The notes: generated from the sequence alone by a model not told the origin. Counted from the first letter of the stretch, positions 49,903-63,995 are shown. The stretch is DNA of 64,000 bases from Octopus bimaculoides (GCF_001194135.2 NC_068984.1:11862266-11926265), one strand, 5' to 3'. Program-made: numbers and translations.

Positions 49903-51021
49903 CATGTATATTTTCTCCAAAACATCTTATTTGTTTATTTCTTAGTCTCTCACTTTTTTTTTTGGCTTCTTTTTCAAGAATGCATTTCCTGGTTGCATGT
50001 TCCTCATTGAGACTTGTGATCTAATGTATAATTCAAATTCACTGTTAGCCATATTAGCAACTATTTCACCATTCTTGTCTAATAGAAAGAAAAAAAAAAA
50101 AGAAAAAAAAATGAAAGGAAAGAAAACAGAAACATCTGTCGAAAATATTTAAAATGTAACAAAAACAGGAAACTAAATCAATTGATAATGAGATCCTGGG
50201 GAGAGGGGTGATGCTAAGGCAGGTGATGTTGATGCAGATGTTGACAATGACAGAAACAAACATGGGTTGGGAGATAACTTCAAGGGTTGACATTTGAAGG
50301 AGGAAGGACTGGGCAGTGGTGAGGGCAGGGCCTGAAGAGGTGACATAATAAAGTATGAGGGACAGCAAGACAAGTGTGTTGGGTGGGCCTGGGTGGAGTT
50401 AGCATGAGAGTAATCGGCTTTGAGAAGTAGAGGTCATTATAGTAGCTGTAGAAAAGACAGAGTAAGGCAACAAAAATAATTGATATTTAATGTGACAATA
50501 ACACATTTATAATAACTCAGTTCTAATATATCTCACAGTTAATTCACATTCAGTAATATTCAAAGAAGTGGTTCTATCAAAAACTCAACAATAACCACTT
50601 TAGCTGCTGCCAGCAAATATGGATTTCATAAAGTCAAACAAAGCAGAATTAATTAGAAACTTGCTGTACTTTAGTCATATTTTAAAACTTCACCAACATG
50701 ATTCCTTTTCAATCAGCTTCGAGTGTCTACCAGAAATAACATCCCTAAACCATGCCTCATCACCAAAGAAATGAGGTATGAACTTTAAATAGCTTTGTTA
50801 TTTATATAAATAAAATTAGTGATATGTTACCCCAATATCATAACATTGTTCTTAATGATCTGCAGGAGGAAAACAGTATATTCTTTATCTAAGAAACACA
50901 AAAGCTATGGTCTAATTAGACTAGATGAATTATAATTTGTTTGCCAATTCCTATAAACAAGAGTTTGTGCTCTTACTAGACCCATCAGTCCAGTAGAGTA
51001 GCTTCAACTGATAAGACATAC

Positions 51022-51081
51022 AATGAGGTCAAAACACCACAGTGTCTTGAAATTTCCTTTCAGCAGTGAATTGTGTGTCAT
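51022..51081 (-). CDS. gene B coding exon 1 (MTHNSLLKGNFKTLWCFDLI); exon spans 51022-51094
   Basis: Acceptor tatcttccccatag and donor gtatgt; in-frame TGA just upstream of the ATG; phase 0 joins exon 2; total CDS 2682 nt = 893 aa + stop. Confidence 0.7.
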
Positions 51082-52367
51082 GAACACACATCATCTATGG
51101 GGAAGATATGTTCTCAGTTGACAAAACCAACAGTGATCAGATATTCATGTTTAAATTTTACATGTTCTACATGAGCCCCATGAATAATTGGATTCACTGG
51201 TCTCTTTAATGCTGAGCAATGAAGAAATAAAATAAACCAGAAACTAATTGATACACTATGGTTAAAATATATAATTTAAACACATTTTAAAGTACTTCTC
51301 TATGGTTTGTATTTAAATTTCAGAGACTTTTTTTAAATGTTATTTTCTTCTCTCTTGTAATGACTTATGGGAACAGACATAAATTCTGAAACCATAATAA
51401 AATAATCAAAAGATTTGCTTTCAATAAAATATTTTACTAGTTGGCTGCATTTATTTGCACAATATAAAATGCTTGTTTAGCCGTGTCAAACTTCACCCTG
51501 CAACTTATTTTGAAAGATAAGCTTTTATGTAGTTGTAACCTTCCTTCTAAACACTGCCAATCCCAAATATAGTCATTCTTACACATTCATAATTACATAA
51601 TGATGTCATAATAGCACTAAAAAGTTAAGTCAAATGAGTACAATGATGGATTGAACTTGCTTGTGGCTTCAGCCAATAATAGACCTGACCTCTCAGCACT
51701 TCCACTGCCATTCAGCAGTAAAGACCAACAGGAAATAAATAAGACAATCCCTTTGTTATGATATTTCTATCAAAATATGCTACATTGTTTCGGTCAACTT
51801 TAAAATTAATGAATTTAATAAAATAACTTTGTCATTATTAAATTGGTGTTTGAAATGTAAATTAATATGAAATTTTGATAGAAAGTATAAGAATATATAG
51901 GAATTTTTTTCATAGAAATATAATACATAGGGAATTTGTGTCATCAAATTAGGGGGAATTTAAGGAAGGTTAGTATCAAAAGCATTAAAATCTCTGCCAA
52001 CATGTGAAAATATATTGACAAGATTAACTACCATTATACAGCCAATGGATTAACATTCTTGGCTCATGTCTATGATGCATTATCTATCCAACAACAGTAT
52101 TTTGAATTATTCTGTTATGGTCTTCTATCAAGGAACATAAGTAGAGCTCTCTTTGATTCTACCCCAAAACAAGTAAGTCTTAAATTAAAATTTGGGAGAA
52201 AAAAAAACAAACTCCAACTTACAGACCTCAATAAAACCAAACCTGCAACATTACACAACTACCCACTACTGAGTCACAAACAAGCTAAAATTGCCATGCT
52301 CCTAATCAATTTTGTAAATAACTTTTCATAGACAGTACATGTTTTTAGCAAACTCAATGCTGTCTGA

Positions 52368-52620
52368 AGGTGCAGATATGGTTGTGTGGTTATGCTTACA
52401 TGTGGTTTCAGGTTCTATCCCATCTGTAATCATTTTGGGCAAGAGTCTTCTACAATACTCTTCAGCCAATCAATGCCTTGTGAATGGTACTGATAGACAG
52501 AAGCTGTACAGAAGTCGAGTGTCTCTGCGAGTATACATATGTACCTGATGCATATGTATGTGTGTGTGCACACATATACATACACAATGTATGTGTTTGC
52601 ATGTATGTTTATGTGTGTGA
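52368..52620 (+). mobile_element. degenerate SINE family A
   Basis: ggtgcagatatggttgtgtggtt...gggcaagagtcttctac...gacagaagctg. Confidence 0.6.
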
Positions 52621-54099
52621 ATGTTAGCCTTTTTATCTCCACATGACACTGCTTGAGCAAAACAGAAATATCTTGCTTACATTGCAAACGACATGCCCTG
52701 TAACTCTGCATTTTTGAGCACCATAGGAATAATAAATTCTTTACTTGAAAAAAGGTAAAGCTTGATGACAAAGAAGGACAGCAGGAGAGAAAATTATGCC
52801 TCTATAAGTCTGTGTATAACACATGTCAACATAGAAAAATGAACACAAAAAGAATGAATGGATTAAGTTTATATTGGCACAAAACTTGAATTGCAAGATA
52901 AATATTCAGTTTAAATAGACGATGAGCTCTACAAGATGCATTGAGTACTAACTGATTATTCATTTGACATTCAGCAACATACACACAGACACACGGAGAA
53001 ACAGAAACAGGCAGAAAACGTCATTAAAGGTGTCAAGAGAGACAATAACACTGGTACAGACATATGATGCAAATGGATGATGAGTGCTGGGTAAAAAAAA
53101 TAAACGTACATATGGAAGTTGGATAAAGAAATAGGAGGTTATCGTCTAAAGGTAACAGAACTCATAAATAAGGTTATGCAGGACTGAGATGAAAAGAAAT
53201 GTACTGTGCAGGAAACTCATCCAACCAGCATGGAAAAGAAGACCTTAAACTGATGATGACATTACACTTTTAAAACAATTGGAGAACAATTATGAAGCCT
53301 AAGTTTTTTTTTTAAATCCCTGCTATTTCAAGTCCATATGCTGACTTAACCTGGCAAGTTATAGCACACACATCAGCAAAGGTCTTGTTTGCTGACTTTT
53401 ATATATAAGAATAGAAGTTCCTAGTTAGTGCCAGATAACTGAGGTGGTGTCTGTCACTGAGGAGGCAAAATTATACTTAAACACCAGAATCTGACAATCT
53501 GCTGACATCATTTGGAGCACACAAGCTATGTTTTTAAAGCAAAGTCTTTCTCTAGATAAATCTCCCAATCTGATTGGAAATTAAATGAAATGCAGTTAGG
53601 CCAGTATAACTATAATAAAACAATTGCATGAAACTTCCTGATACATTATAATAATTGTTGATGTACATTATGAATGTGGTTTTTACCTGTTATAAACTAG
53701 TTTTCACCTCTGCCCAAGTAAAATGAATACAGACAAGTAAATTGATTACAAGTGGTTGTTTTCATATATGTTTACAAATTATCAATTCCTGGATATTAAT
53801 TTCTAGTCTGAGCAGAATTTGTATTCTTGTAATCTATGTGACTTGGAAGCTGCAGAACTAGCATCAGAAAAAGCCTTCTGTTTCGTCTCCTCTATCGATG
53901 GAATGAAGGTGGTGGTGGTGCCCTGTTTGCACACATACCTTATGGTCTCATCAATCATCAGTACAAAAAAATTCTATATGAAAGGATCCAATTGATTAAA
54001 GAAAAACTGATGCAATGATCAATTATGTAATAATGCCACTCCTCCTAAGAATTGGTAAATCCTGATATCACTATTTTCTCTAATTAAATCATTCATAAA

Positions 54100-54250
54100 T
54101 GTTTCAAATTTTAGCCCAAGGCCAGCAATTTAAGGATGAAGGGATTAAGTGAGAACATCAACCCCCAGGTCTTGACTGTGAAAGGATGAGAGGCAAAGTT
54201 GACCGTGGCAGTATTTGAATTCAGAATGAAAAGAGCTGGAAGAAATGCTA
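54100..54250 (-). mobile_element. degenerate SINE family B
   Basis: gcccaaggccagcaattt...aaaggatgagaggcaaagttgacc...atttgaattcagaatg. Confidence 0.6.
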
Positions 54251-54914
54251 GTAAACAAAATTTGGTCTAAAATAAATAATATCACCAAATTCTAACTCAG
54301 TTTGAGATATTAACTGCATGATGCTCAAAAATCAAATGAAGAAAAAGTTTGAAGAAATTCACTTGATTAAATAAACCCATATGGTGCAAACAGGAAGTCT
54401 TTTGGTAAGATGTTCTTTCTAAAATGAGGCTAAATTTGCTGATAATAAAAGTGGTTTAGAATATAGAAAAATTGCTGGTAGTTGCAACCTAAATTACAAA
54501 TGTTTGTCTTTGATTTGTTTCATAATCTTTTTCCAATTACTTTCCATTTTCTTCACATCAATATCTTACAACCATTTCTTTCTACAAGCCTCTCCATTTT
54601 ATATTTTGGATTTTTTAAGACAATAAACGACAATTTATTTACCACAAATAATGTTTACATTCAGTTTTATTTCTAATTTTATTATGTTGATAAATTATTA
54701 TGTAGATAAATTATATGTTAATTTTTACAGAATTTGGTGTAGCCTTCAACAAATATAGGGGCAATAAAAATTTAACAGAAATCTACACATTTAAAAGCCA
54801 TAGAATAAGTCAGAAACCAATAAAATACAATTCATTCCTTGAACAAATTTGGCACAGGACCAAAGAAGATAAATGAACATCAAATATATTGAGTGGTATA
54901 TACAGGAAAGGTAA

Positions 54915-55130
54915 TGGCAGTGGTGTGAATGGGTAGCCCTGTGTTTAGGAGTGTTGAGTTACAGGTTCAATTCCTGAACTGAATTGGTATGCTGGGCACT
55001 TTAGCTCACATTGCTCCAATCTACTCAATTGTAATGAACTGGTGCAGCCCTCTCGCTTTCCAGCTGTCACCTGGATATTCTGCTGGGTCAAGAGTGGGAA
55101 AGTTGAGAGAATGTCTACGCCTACTTGCAA
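54915..55130 (+). mobile_element. old CORE-type SINE
   Basis: ggttcaattcctg B-box-like sequence followed by gggcactttagctcacattgctcca. Confidence 0.5.
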
Positions 55131-56514
55131 CTACATAGACATATAAAATAGTTAGTGAAAGCATGGTATATGCTGTCAAGTCATACTCACTTGTGAGAGA
55201 AGGCTGTGGTGATTTTTATGACAGAGATGTCAAAGTAAACAGGCAATGTATAATAAGGCCAAAAACAAAAAACTTTCAACAAAATTATTAAATATGATCT
55301 TAAAAGGATTGAATTATATAGAAAACTGATATATTGCAGGTTTTCATAATCTAGTAGATTAATGATGATAGAAAGAGAAGGAAAGAGGAGAAAATGGAAG
55401 ATAATGAATATTCTATAAATTACAATTATAAACAATTTTTTTAAAAATTAAAACAAACTTGAATATTTTTTTTCTTTAAAATGAGGCCATGAAGATTCTC
55501 AAAGAAGAGGAAATGTCTGGTTGTGATGTGCATAACTGCACTAAGATCATTATTTTTTATTTTTTCATTTTTAAATTCTATATTGCATTTTGTGGAGAAA
55601 AACATTTTGCAGGTTCCTAACAACTTATTTCAGTGGAATGAGTGACAAAGAGATATCTTCACAATTCAATGAGGACAAATATTACAAAGTATTTTGGAAG
55701 CAGTGATTTATCAACTGCTAGTCTTTACAACTTTTGAAATATGCTTCAGTGTGAGATATGTACACACACCATCATCAAGTATGATTGTTTGCTATGGAAT
55801 TTGTTTGATAACCATGTACTTTTGAGTCTATTTCACTGCACGGTACCTTTGGCAAGTATCTTCTGCTATAGCCTTGTCCCAACCAATGACCATTGCAGTG
55901 TATTATGTGGCTGTTTGCATTCCAGGTTTTTTTTTCATGGCATTGGCTGAGCAAAAGGGTGACAACATTCTCAACAAACAATATGTCCAGTAGTTCTTCA
56001 TAGTTTCAAACAAATGGAATAAAAAATCCATTACTTAAAAACAGATAAGAGATAACAACATCCAGCCACAAAATAGGTATGCTTTGGACAGGCTATCATG
56101 GTCCAACTCAGTTTATATTTAGAGTTACTACTTTCCAAGATTGGTCAGGGACTAGATTTCATTTGTGTACTCCAGTTTTGGCATGGTTCTACAGCTGGAA
56201 GCCTTTCCTATCACCAACCACTTTATAGAGTGTACTGGGTGCATTTTATAAAGGCCAGAAAGATTGTCTTGATCCTTGTAAGAGTAAAGCATCCCCATTC
56301 TCTTGCATTGTCTCTGTTCCTTTCTTTCTAGAAAGATGGATAGGAAGAGGAAGTAATTGGAGAGGGCCAGGTGATAAAACCAAAGAGATGATAAAGAGAG
56401 CCAGAACAAAAGTGTGATAGTGTGATACAAAGGTGTGTAATGAGAGAGTGGTAGACAGCTACATAAGCAGTATTGGTGAAGGGATTAAATAAGAACAGCA
56501 TAACCAAGAGTCAT

Positions 56515-56551
<37 letters not shown>

Positions 56552-56839
56552 CCAAAAGTAGAAGTGTGTGATAGACAGCAGACAGAATAATGGAGGAGAG
56601 AGAATGAAGGATAATAGAGAAGTAGGTGAAGGTAAGACTAAATAAGGAAAAAATCCTGTGTTTCCATGTGTTGTTTCACAGGCAAATAAGCAAAAGAGAC
56701 TCAGAAGTATGTATTAAACAACTTCATAACAATCATCATTTTTATGAATGCTTTTCCATGCTTGCTGGGGTCATGTGGGTCTTCTCCAGCACAATGGTTT
56801 GTTATTTGCCACATTACTTTATCATCATCATGAAGGTCA

Positions 56840-57170
56840 ATCACCTTTATGATCAGTTTTCATTACTTCATTCCATACTTTCTTTGGTTTCCTCCTCCCA
56901 TAGGTTTCGCACACTCAGAGTACTTGATACATCTTTACAAAACTCAATAACCACCACACGAACTATACGCCCATAGCAATGTGACCCTCCCACTTGCATT
57001 CCATGCCTGATTCCACCTATATCTAGTTTTGCTCTCAGCTCACCTGTATCTCACCATTCATACATGCCAACATTACACATCCATTGTAGTATGATGTTCA
57101 CTTTATTACTGTGCAGCATTCAAATATCTTCTACAGTCAGGGCCCTACAATAGTCTATCAAAGGATTTAC
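56840..57170 (-). mobile_element. degraded RTE LINE ORF fragment
   Basis: Minus strand reads LQWMCNVGM...ELRAKLDIGGIRHGMQ. Confidence 0.6.
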
Positions 57171-57529
57171 TTAGGGGCTGCTAAAATTTCACATGAAATA
57201 AAGAATTGTTCATTATAAATCAAGAACTAGTGCACTTGTTCTTGATTAATTCTTATTTCAAACTGAAATCCACAAGGAGTTTCATTTTCACCTTCATATC
57301 ATATCTCATAATATGAAGAATCTGGAAACGGTTGGCAAAAATCCAAGATTAGCTTGCAATGAAGAACACAAAATTTCAGAGTCACACATGAAGGGAGTAG
57401 GCAGGAACTCAATGAGCAAGCAGGCATGGATCGCTGGCAGAGTAAACAAAGAACCTAATCTTCAGGTGTGATAAATAAGCAAGAATAGTTAGCAGCAAGA
57501 AGTGCCATAAACTCTTAGATGGCTTACTA

Positions 57530-57705
57530 GATGTAATTGACACACACAAACATAATGGGTTTCTGCTCAGTTTACAGCAATCAAATTCTATTCTCAAGCA
57601 TTGGTCAATTTGGGGCAATGGTAGAAGATACTTGCTTGAGGAGCTACACAATAGGATCAAGCTGAGAACCATGTGGTTGTGAAATTAACCTCACTGCCAT
57701 GCCTG
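57530..57705 (-). mobile_element. degenerate SINE family A head
   Basis: tttctgctcagttt...tagaagatacttgcttgagg...aaccatgtggttg. Confidence 0.55.
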
Positions 57706-58592
57706 TATCCATCACTTTCTTCATCAAAGCTATCACAAATTGATAAGACTGATATATGTCTGTTTCATTTAATGTAATTGTTAAGCAATCTTTTACCATT
57801 AAAAAGTGTGCATATCAGGACATTATTATTATTAATAATAATAATATTATTATTATGCTGTAATTGTCATCTGTTTGTGGTTTTAAAGTTTGTCGGTTGT
57901 TTTTGTAGCTTGAGATATACATAAATTTCCATTGTAAAAAAATTAACAACATTGTGTTGAATTTTAATTGAAATTATGCAAGTGGCACTGAAAATGTTAG
58001 TAACCTGTGTAATAGATCCAAGGGAAAGTGTTGGAAGCTCTGTCATAATCACGGGATCTGGAGGATGGCTACCACCTGCTATTGCTTCAGGCATCTTGGA
58101 ATAATTCTGAAATAAACAAATACAATACAAAACAAGTTATTTTACTGCTAGAAGCATATAAAGCAATTAAAATCAACAATATTCATATGCTGCATACATA
58201 CTACAAGTGTCTACTGTTCAGATATTCTCTTGTTCTAAGTGTCTTGATGCTTGTGAGCAAATGAAAAGACATATTATGTCATTTGGGTGTTGTATGTATA
58301 ATTAACATGTTTGCATTTGTGTGGAATCAGTGTTATATAACAAGCACTAAATACCCCCAATAACTTCTATCAGCTAGTAGTCAAATAGCATACCCATTTT
58401 GATTCTACATCGCATTTCAAAGGTTTGCTCTGTAAGGTGAAAAATTTCTAATAATAACATATGTACCACATTTTCCAGCTGTGATGCATAGATTACATCT
58501 TGAGATACATAGTCTGCAATAAATTTTATCACTGCTAGATTAAGGTGATCTATGATCCAAAATGTTTCAGCTGTAATCATCCCCACCTTTAA

Positions 58593-58627
<35 letters not shown>

Positions 58628-58754
58628 AGTGCATTGAGGATTACATTTCTAATGTGTCCTTTGAAATAGAATATGATTTTGAGATTTAGCTGCAATTTCT
58701 TGTAAACTGAATGATGTTGAGTTGCGGACCCAATCAAATAATTTGGATGTACCT

Positions 58755-59633
58755 ATGAGTGATACTGGACTAGTTATGCTTAATAAAAAAAAAATATTAT
58801 TTACTTAAGTTTTAACATCATCTCCTTGGAAATAGTCACCTTGCACAGCAATACACTGGTCCCAGCATCCCTGCCATTTTTGGAATTCATTTTCCATAAG
58901 TCCAAGACCTTTTGCAATTTGCTCTTGATATTGACAACAGCATTAAAATGGCAACCTTTGAGTGGCATTTTCATCTTAGGGAAGAGATGGAGGTCAGCAA
59001 ATGCTAAATCTAGCAAATAGGGCAGAAGCAGAAGCAAGGAAGTTTTTGGCGAGAAACTCGTGACTGAGGAGAGTTTGGGGACAGCGTGCATTGTTGTCAG
59101 GAAGAATCCAATTCTTTGCGCTCCATAGATCCAGTTGCTTTTGCCTAATGCCCTCTCTCAAATGCTTCAAACATTGCAGTAAAACTCTCCATTGACAATC
59201 TGGCCCTGGAGGATGAATTCTCAATGCACAATACCACATTTTTGGGGGTGACACATGTAGCATGTCTTCCAGATCACTCATCATCTTCCAAGGATATTTT
59301 TCCACTTTTGAAGCACCCATGCCACTCAAAATATTGCATATGACCCATTGCCTCATCGCTATAAGCTTGCTGAAGCATGCTCAATGTCTCAGTAGTAGAC
59401 TTCCCAAGTTAAATGCAGAATTTCATGTTGGCTCTGTTCCTGTCCACAACAAAATTACAAACTACAGCATACATGTGATCACAAAAACACAACTTGCGAA
59501 GTAAACACAGCGATGTCACTGGGTACACTGCCTCATGAAGGTGACTGCTAGCTCTTACTGCACACACAATCATGTGCTGCCACCTATTGGCGCCCAACAG
59601 AACTAGTCCAGGAACTTTTTGATACCACCTCAT
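58755..59633 (-). mobile_element. mariner transposon remnant
   Basis: TIR-like tgaggtggtatcaaaaagttcctggact at 59605-59632; LKHLREGIRQKQ, PDNNA and PYLLDLAFADLHLFPKMKMPLKG motifs across frameshifts. Confidence 0.9.
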
Positions 59634-62089
59634 AAAGTAATTAACTGTTTTTAAGAGAACTTGGTTTAGGTTGACCACCATATTAAACTCTTCTTATTTT
59701 AATACCTACTTTCTAATTCTGATGCAAGATGGACAGTTCTGTGATATAAAATTTATTCTGAATTATAGCATTCAGGTTATTCAATTACTACTTCATCTTG
59801 AATTTATTAAGTATACGTCACCATCAATTTACAAGACATTTTCACCCAGCATGCATTAGTCACTTGTATAGCCACAAATATGTAATCATCTATGTTGTTT
59901 GCAATAAACTAATAGTTTCAATAACCAGTCGCTTTCTCAACTCAAAACTTCTTCATATTCACATGACACACCCAGCAGAATCTAGTAATTAGTCTTTATT
60001 TTCTTTCTTAACCCTTTAGCATTTAAACTGGCCATATCCAGCCAAAATAATCTGTTTATCTTTAAATTAGCCAGATCTGGTCTAACTATAGCATTACATT
60101 TAACAGACAACTCCTTCATACCAGTAACTTAAAATTGGTTAATATCCTAGACTAATGTGCTCTGCTAGGCTGACCCATTGATAACTTATTCAGAGTGAAA
60201 TTGGAAGAAAAGGAAAGAAAAAAGCCACTCAAAAGCACATATGTAGAAACAACATTTTGTAAAATAAATGTTCTGAGCAATGTATGGTGTTCAGCTCAAT
60301 ACCATTTCATTATTTACTTTATCTTGCTGATCTTGTTGCATCATGGGCCCTTGTCTTCTGTCGGTCTGCCAAAGCAGCTGACACCGCATATTTTGTGCAC
60401 TGTCAACTTGGTACAGAATTATTGTCTACTGCTTTCCTGCGCATGAAAGACAGCTATTTCACTGATACGTTGTTAGCTTCAGATGGGTTAACTACTAATG
60501 AACTAGCTACCAGTACTTATGATTTTAAAATTACAACTGACATTCCATAATCACCCAGCAGTTTATGAAATGAAGTAATGTTGCAAGCAACCAATGTCTT
60601 TTCCTTCTGATTCTCTGCTAGAATGCTTTCAAGCTTTTGTACTTCAGTGCTATCACTGATGAACCCCAAACCCCGCTTTGAAAATGTCTCCCTTCTCCAT
60701 ATGTTTTGGGAAAGAAAAAGAAGAAAGCAGAACTTCTTTTGCTCAATGGTGTATTTCTCTATTTTCTTTTACTATACCAATTAGCATGTGTTCCTTTTTA
60801 AATATTTGTGTGGTTTAATGTGCTTATCTTCAATTTTTATGGAAATTACTAAAGATGAAGATTATATTATATTGAACCTTGAAACACCAGACATATTTCA
60901 GTTCACTGATAACATGTCCAACTCATATTCTAATTCTGTATTTAATGTGTCTACATTTGTTTCAATGTATTCAAATTATAAATATTGCACTTGGTTTAAA
61001 CATCTTATTTCTAAATCACAACCATTCATATGCCCCCAAGTGACTTCAGAATTCCCTCACGACAATACTACCATCCAGGTTAAGGATCGCTGTTCTACAA
61101 CAAACAACTGCGGTTGTCAAGATTTTGAACATTGTACAGCCCAACTTGTGAAGATCATACTAGATAATCAGCTGCTCAAAAGAGGATATAATTAATTTGT
61201 TGTCAAGAAATGTTGCATATTAAACGTTAAACCAATCATTTATGACCTATACTTTGCAGGCAGAAGAAACAAAATACTATACATTTCTAATGTTTTCAGC
61301 AGAGGCAATGTCTCAGAACTGAAAGTAATACAGTAATTATTATATTATTGACTGAAAATCAGTCATTGTGAGTTACAAAAGTTACGAAATATCCAATGAT
61401 TGTAAAAACAATGAGGTGAGATTCAGTGAAGATAATGTTGTAGTTTTGGGCCAACAAAAAGTCATAATACTTATTTTATCAATGAATTGGTTACTACTAG
61501 CATGAAGGGATGTAATTCAATAAAATGATTACCATTCTACATGGTTATTTACAAACAAAATTTGCCTTGTGTCTACATAAGTGCATAGCATGCATAAACA
61601 TCTAATGATGGTTACTAAACAAAATTTTCTAAGTAACTGTCAACCTTTCCTTTGTAAAAATAAAAATAATGAATCATATTTGTTCTTGATAGATTCAAAA
61701 GTGAATATCTGATCGATGTTGTTTATTCAGTCCAGTAAAGAAGCTTTGACTAAGGATTCACATAAAAATACAAGCTTCAAAGTCTTCTTACATCAGTGAA
61801 CCAGTGATCATAAGTGTTATGAACACACCATTTAAAGGGAGGAGGCATTCTTAATGATGAACAACAGAGATCAAATATTCAAATTTGAATCTACTAGAAT
61901 GTATTAAGAATGAATAATATATATAAGCTTTCAGCACAATTCCTGTTCATCAAATTCTACTCATCAAAATAAATTCACTAGAATACTACAATCATTATTA
62001 GTCACTTCAAGATTTTGAGATTTAGGTGATAGACTATAAAAAATATTCAGGCTAAATCTGACAGTTTGTGTAATACAAAAAGAAAACAT

Positions 62090-62800
62090 ATCCTATCCAA
62101 AAATAAAAGTATTAAAAAAAATATTAACTAGATTTTGGCTGGGAGATAACAGTTTACTTAAAGTAACTGCTTTCAGCTTCCACCATGACCTCAAAATGCC
62201 TCCAAAACCTGGCAGATGTACTCCTCGCTGTGGGCTGGGAAGATCTTCAAACTCCTTGATCTTGGCTGCCAGCTCAGTCTTACAGGCAGTGTTTTTTCTA
62301 ACTGCACTCCACACATTGGATTACTATCAGGGGACTTAGGAGGCTAGAAATTGGGGATGGTGAAGTTGTAGAAATTCTCCGACAAACATTTCTGGAGTTA
62401 TGGTAAGGACCTGAATCCTGCTTCATACATGACTTTCAAGCAATAACCCCCACCAGCCAGAGATTTGATCATAGTTTCCAGCAGATTCACATAGCCATCT
62501 GAATTGAGCTTGAAACTCTGTTCAAAGATGTGAGGTGGCCTCTCAATGGAAACACACCCAAAGACCATCACCTTCCTGCTGATTATGGTTTCTTTGTCCC
62601 CATTGCAGCTGTTCATGGTCATGTCTTACAGCCTTTACAGTGCTCACAGAGCAGCAGTCAGGAAGTAACGCAGTGTGAATTATCATGATACAGGTAACTC
62701 TTTTCCAATATTCAGATGGCTTCCAATCCTTCATGTTAGCTAACGTCTTCTCAACTACAACTTTAATCTTTATGTTCTTCAATGCTACTGACTGTTCATC
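62090..62800 (-). mobile_element. Tc1/maT-like transposase remnant
   Basis: VMVFGCVS...PHIFEQSFKLNSDGYVNLLET and a PPKSPDSNP segment; multiple frameshifts. Confidence 0.8.
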
Positions 62801-63604
62801 AATACATCATTGTTCCTGAAAAACAAGGAGACATATAATATCGTCTAATTTAACCCCAAATCCTATAATTGTAAGTGACAGAGAAAATGTCCATTTTAAA
62901 AGCACAACATTCCTTTTATAACTTGCTTGATGGAAACAGATAAATAGCTATTAGGGAGAAAAAAGGTAAATAGAAAGTATATATATAACTGAAAGGGTGT
63001 TCAAACTTTTAAATCATGTGAAAAAATGGTTTTTCATCATTTGGAAATACAGTAGTGATCTTTCTTATAGAAAGATTTACCCAATATGTATGGGTGGCTT
63101 GAACAATTTAAATCTTTCCAAAAGAGAATTCAAGCCAATCCATCAGATGATAACTCATTAACTGTAACTTAGTTTTTAATAATGAGCAGCCTAACATAAA
63201 CATTCCCTTATACTAGGAAATGAAGGATTAAAAACATTTTTTACAGGGAGAAATAAAGATTAATATGGTTGTGTGGTTAAGAAGTTTGCTTTGCAACCAT
63301 GTGGCTTTGAGTTTGATCCCTTTTCACAGTACCTTAGTTTTTGGTTGACCAACACTTTTTGGATATGATTTGGAAGGCAAAAAATGTCACATCTTTCACC
63401 AATGTGTATGGTAAACATGAGGGATCAAACTGAAAATCAAGAGTTCTTCAAAACTAGTCCTTTACACTATGTTCTGTATGTAGTTACAGACAATCCGTTG
63501 TCACTTTTGCAGTCATAAACATAGTGAACCTGTGATTGTATTTGTGAATGATAGCATCATAGGTTACAGGTGTCTAATGATCCAATGTAAAATAAATGAC
63601 TCTT

Positions 63605-63995
63605 CAACATCATCATCATGATCATGTTCACTTTTCTATGCTTGCATGAGTGAAATGGAATTTGCTGATGCAGATTCTCTTTGGCAAGATGCTCTTCTTG
63701 TTGCCAAGAATATAAACACTAATATTTCCCATGGTTAGACATATTTTTTATGGAAGATTGGAAAAGAACAACCTTGCTATGATAATACTCATTTACAACC
63801 ACCATGTAGTGCCAAGACAAGGGTTTTACCACACACCAGGCTTCCACATAGTTTTCATTTACCAAATCCACTCACAAGGTCTGGTTGGCTTGCAGGTTAT
63901 AGAAGATACTTGTCCAAGATGCACACAGCAGGAACAAACCCAAGGCCACATGGTTGGGAAGCAAGCTTTTTAACCACACAGCCACACCTGCACCT
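63605..63995 (-). mobile_element. composite SINE (family A head with (GAT)n-tailed body)
   Basis: Same layout as 12455-12875. Confidence 0.65.

Noticed and set aside
55180-55260. Minus-strand donor GTGAGT as a gene B 5' UTR exon
   Set aside because: No clear acceptor or promoter signal; cannot be supported from sequence alone.
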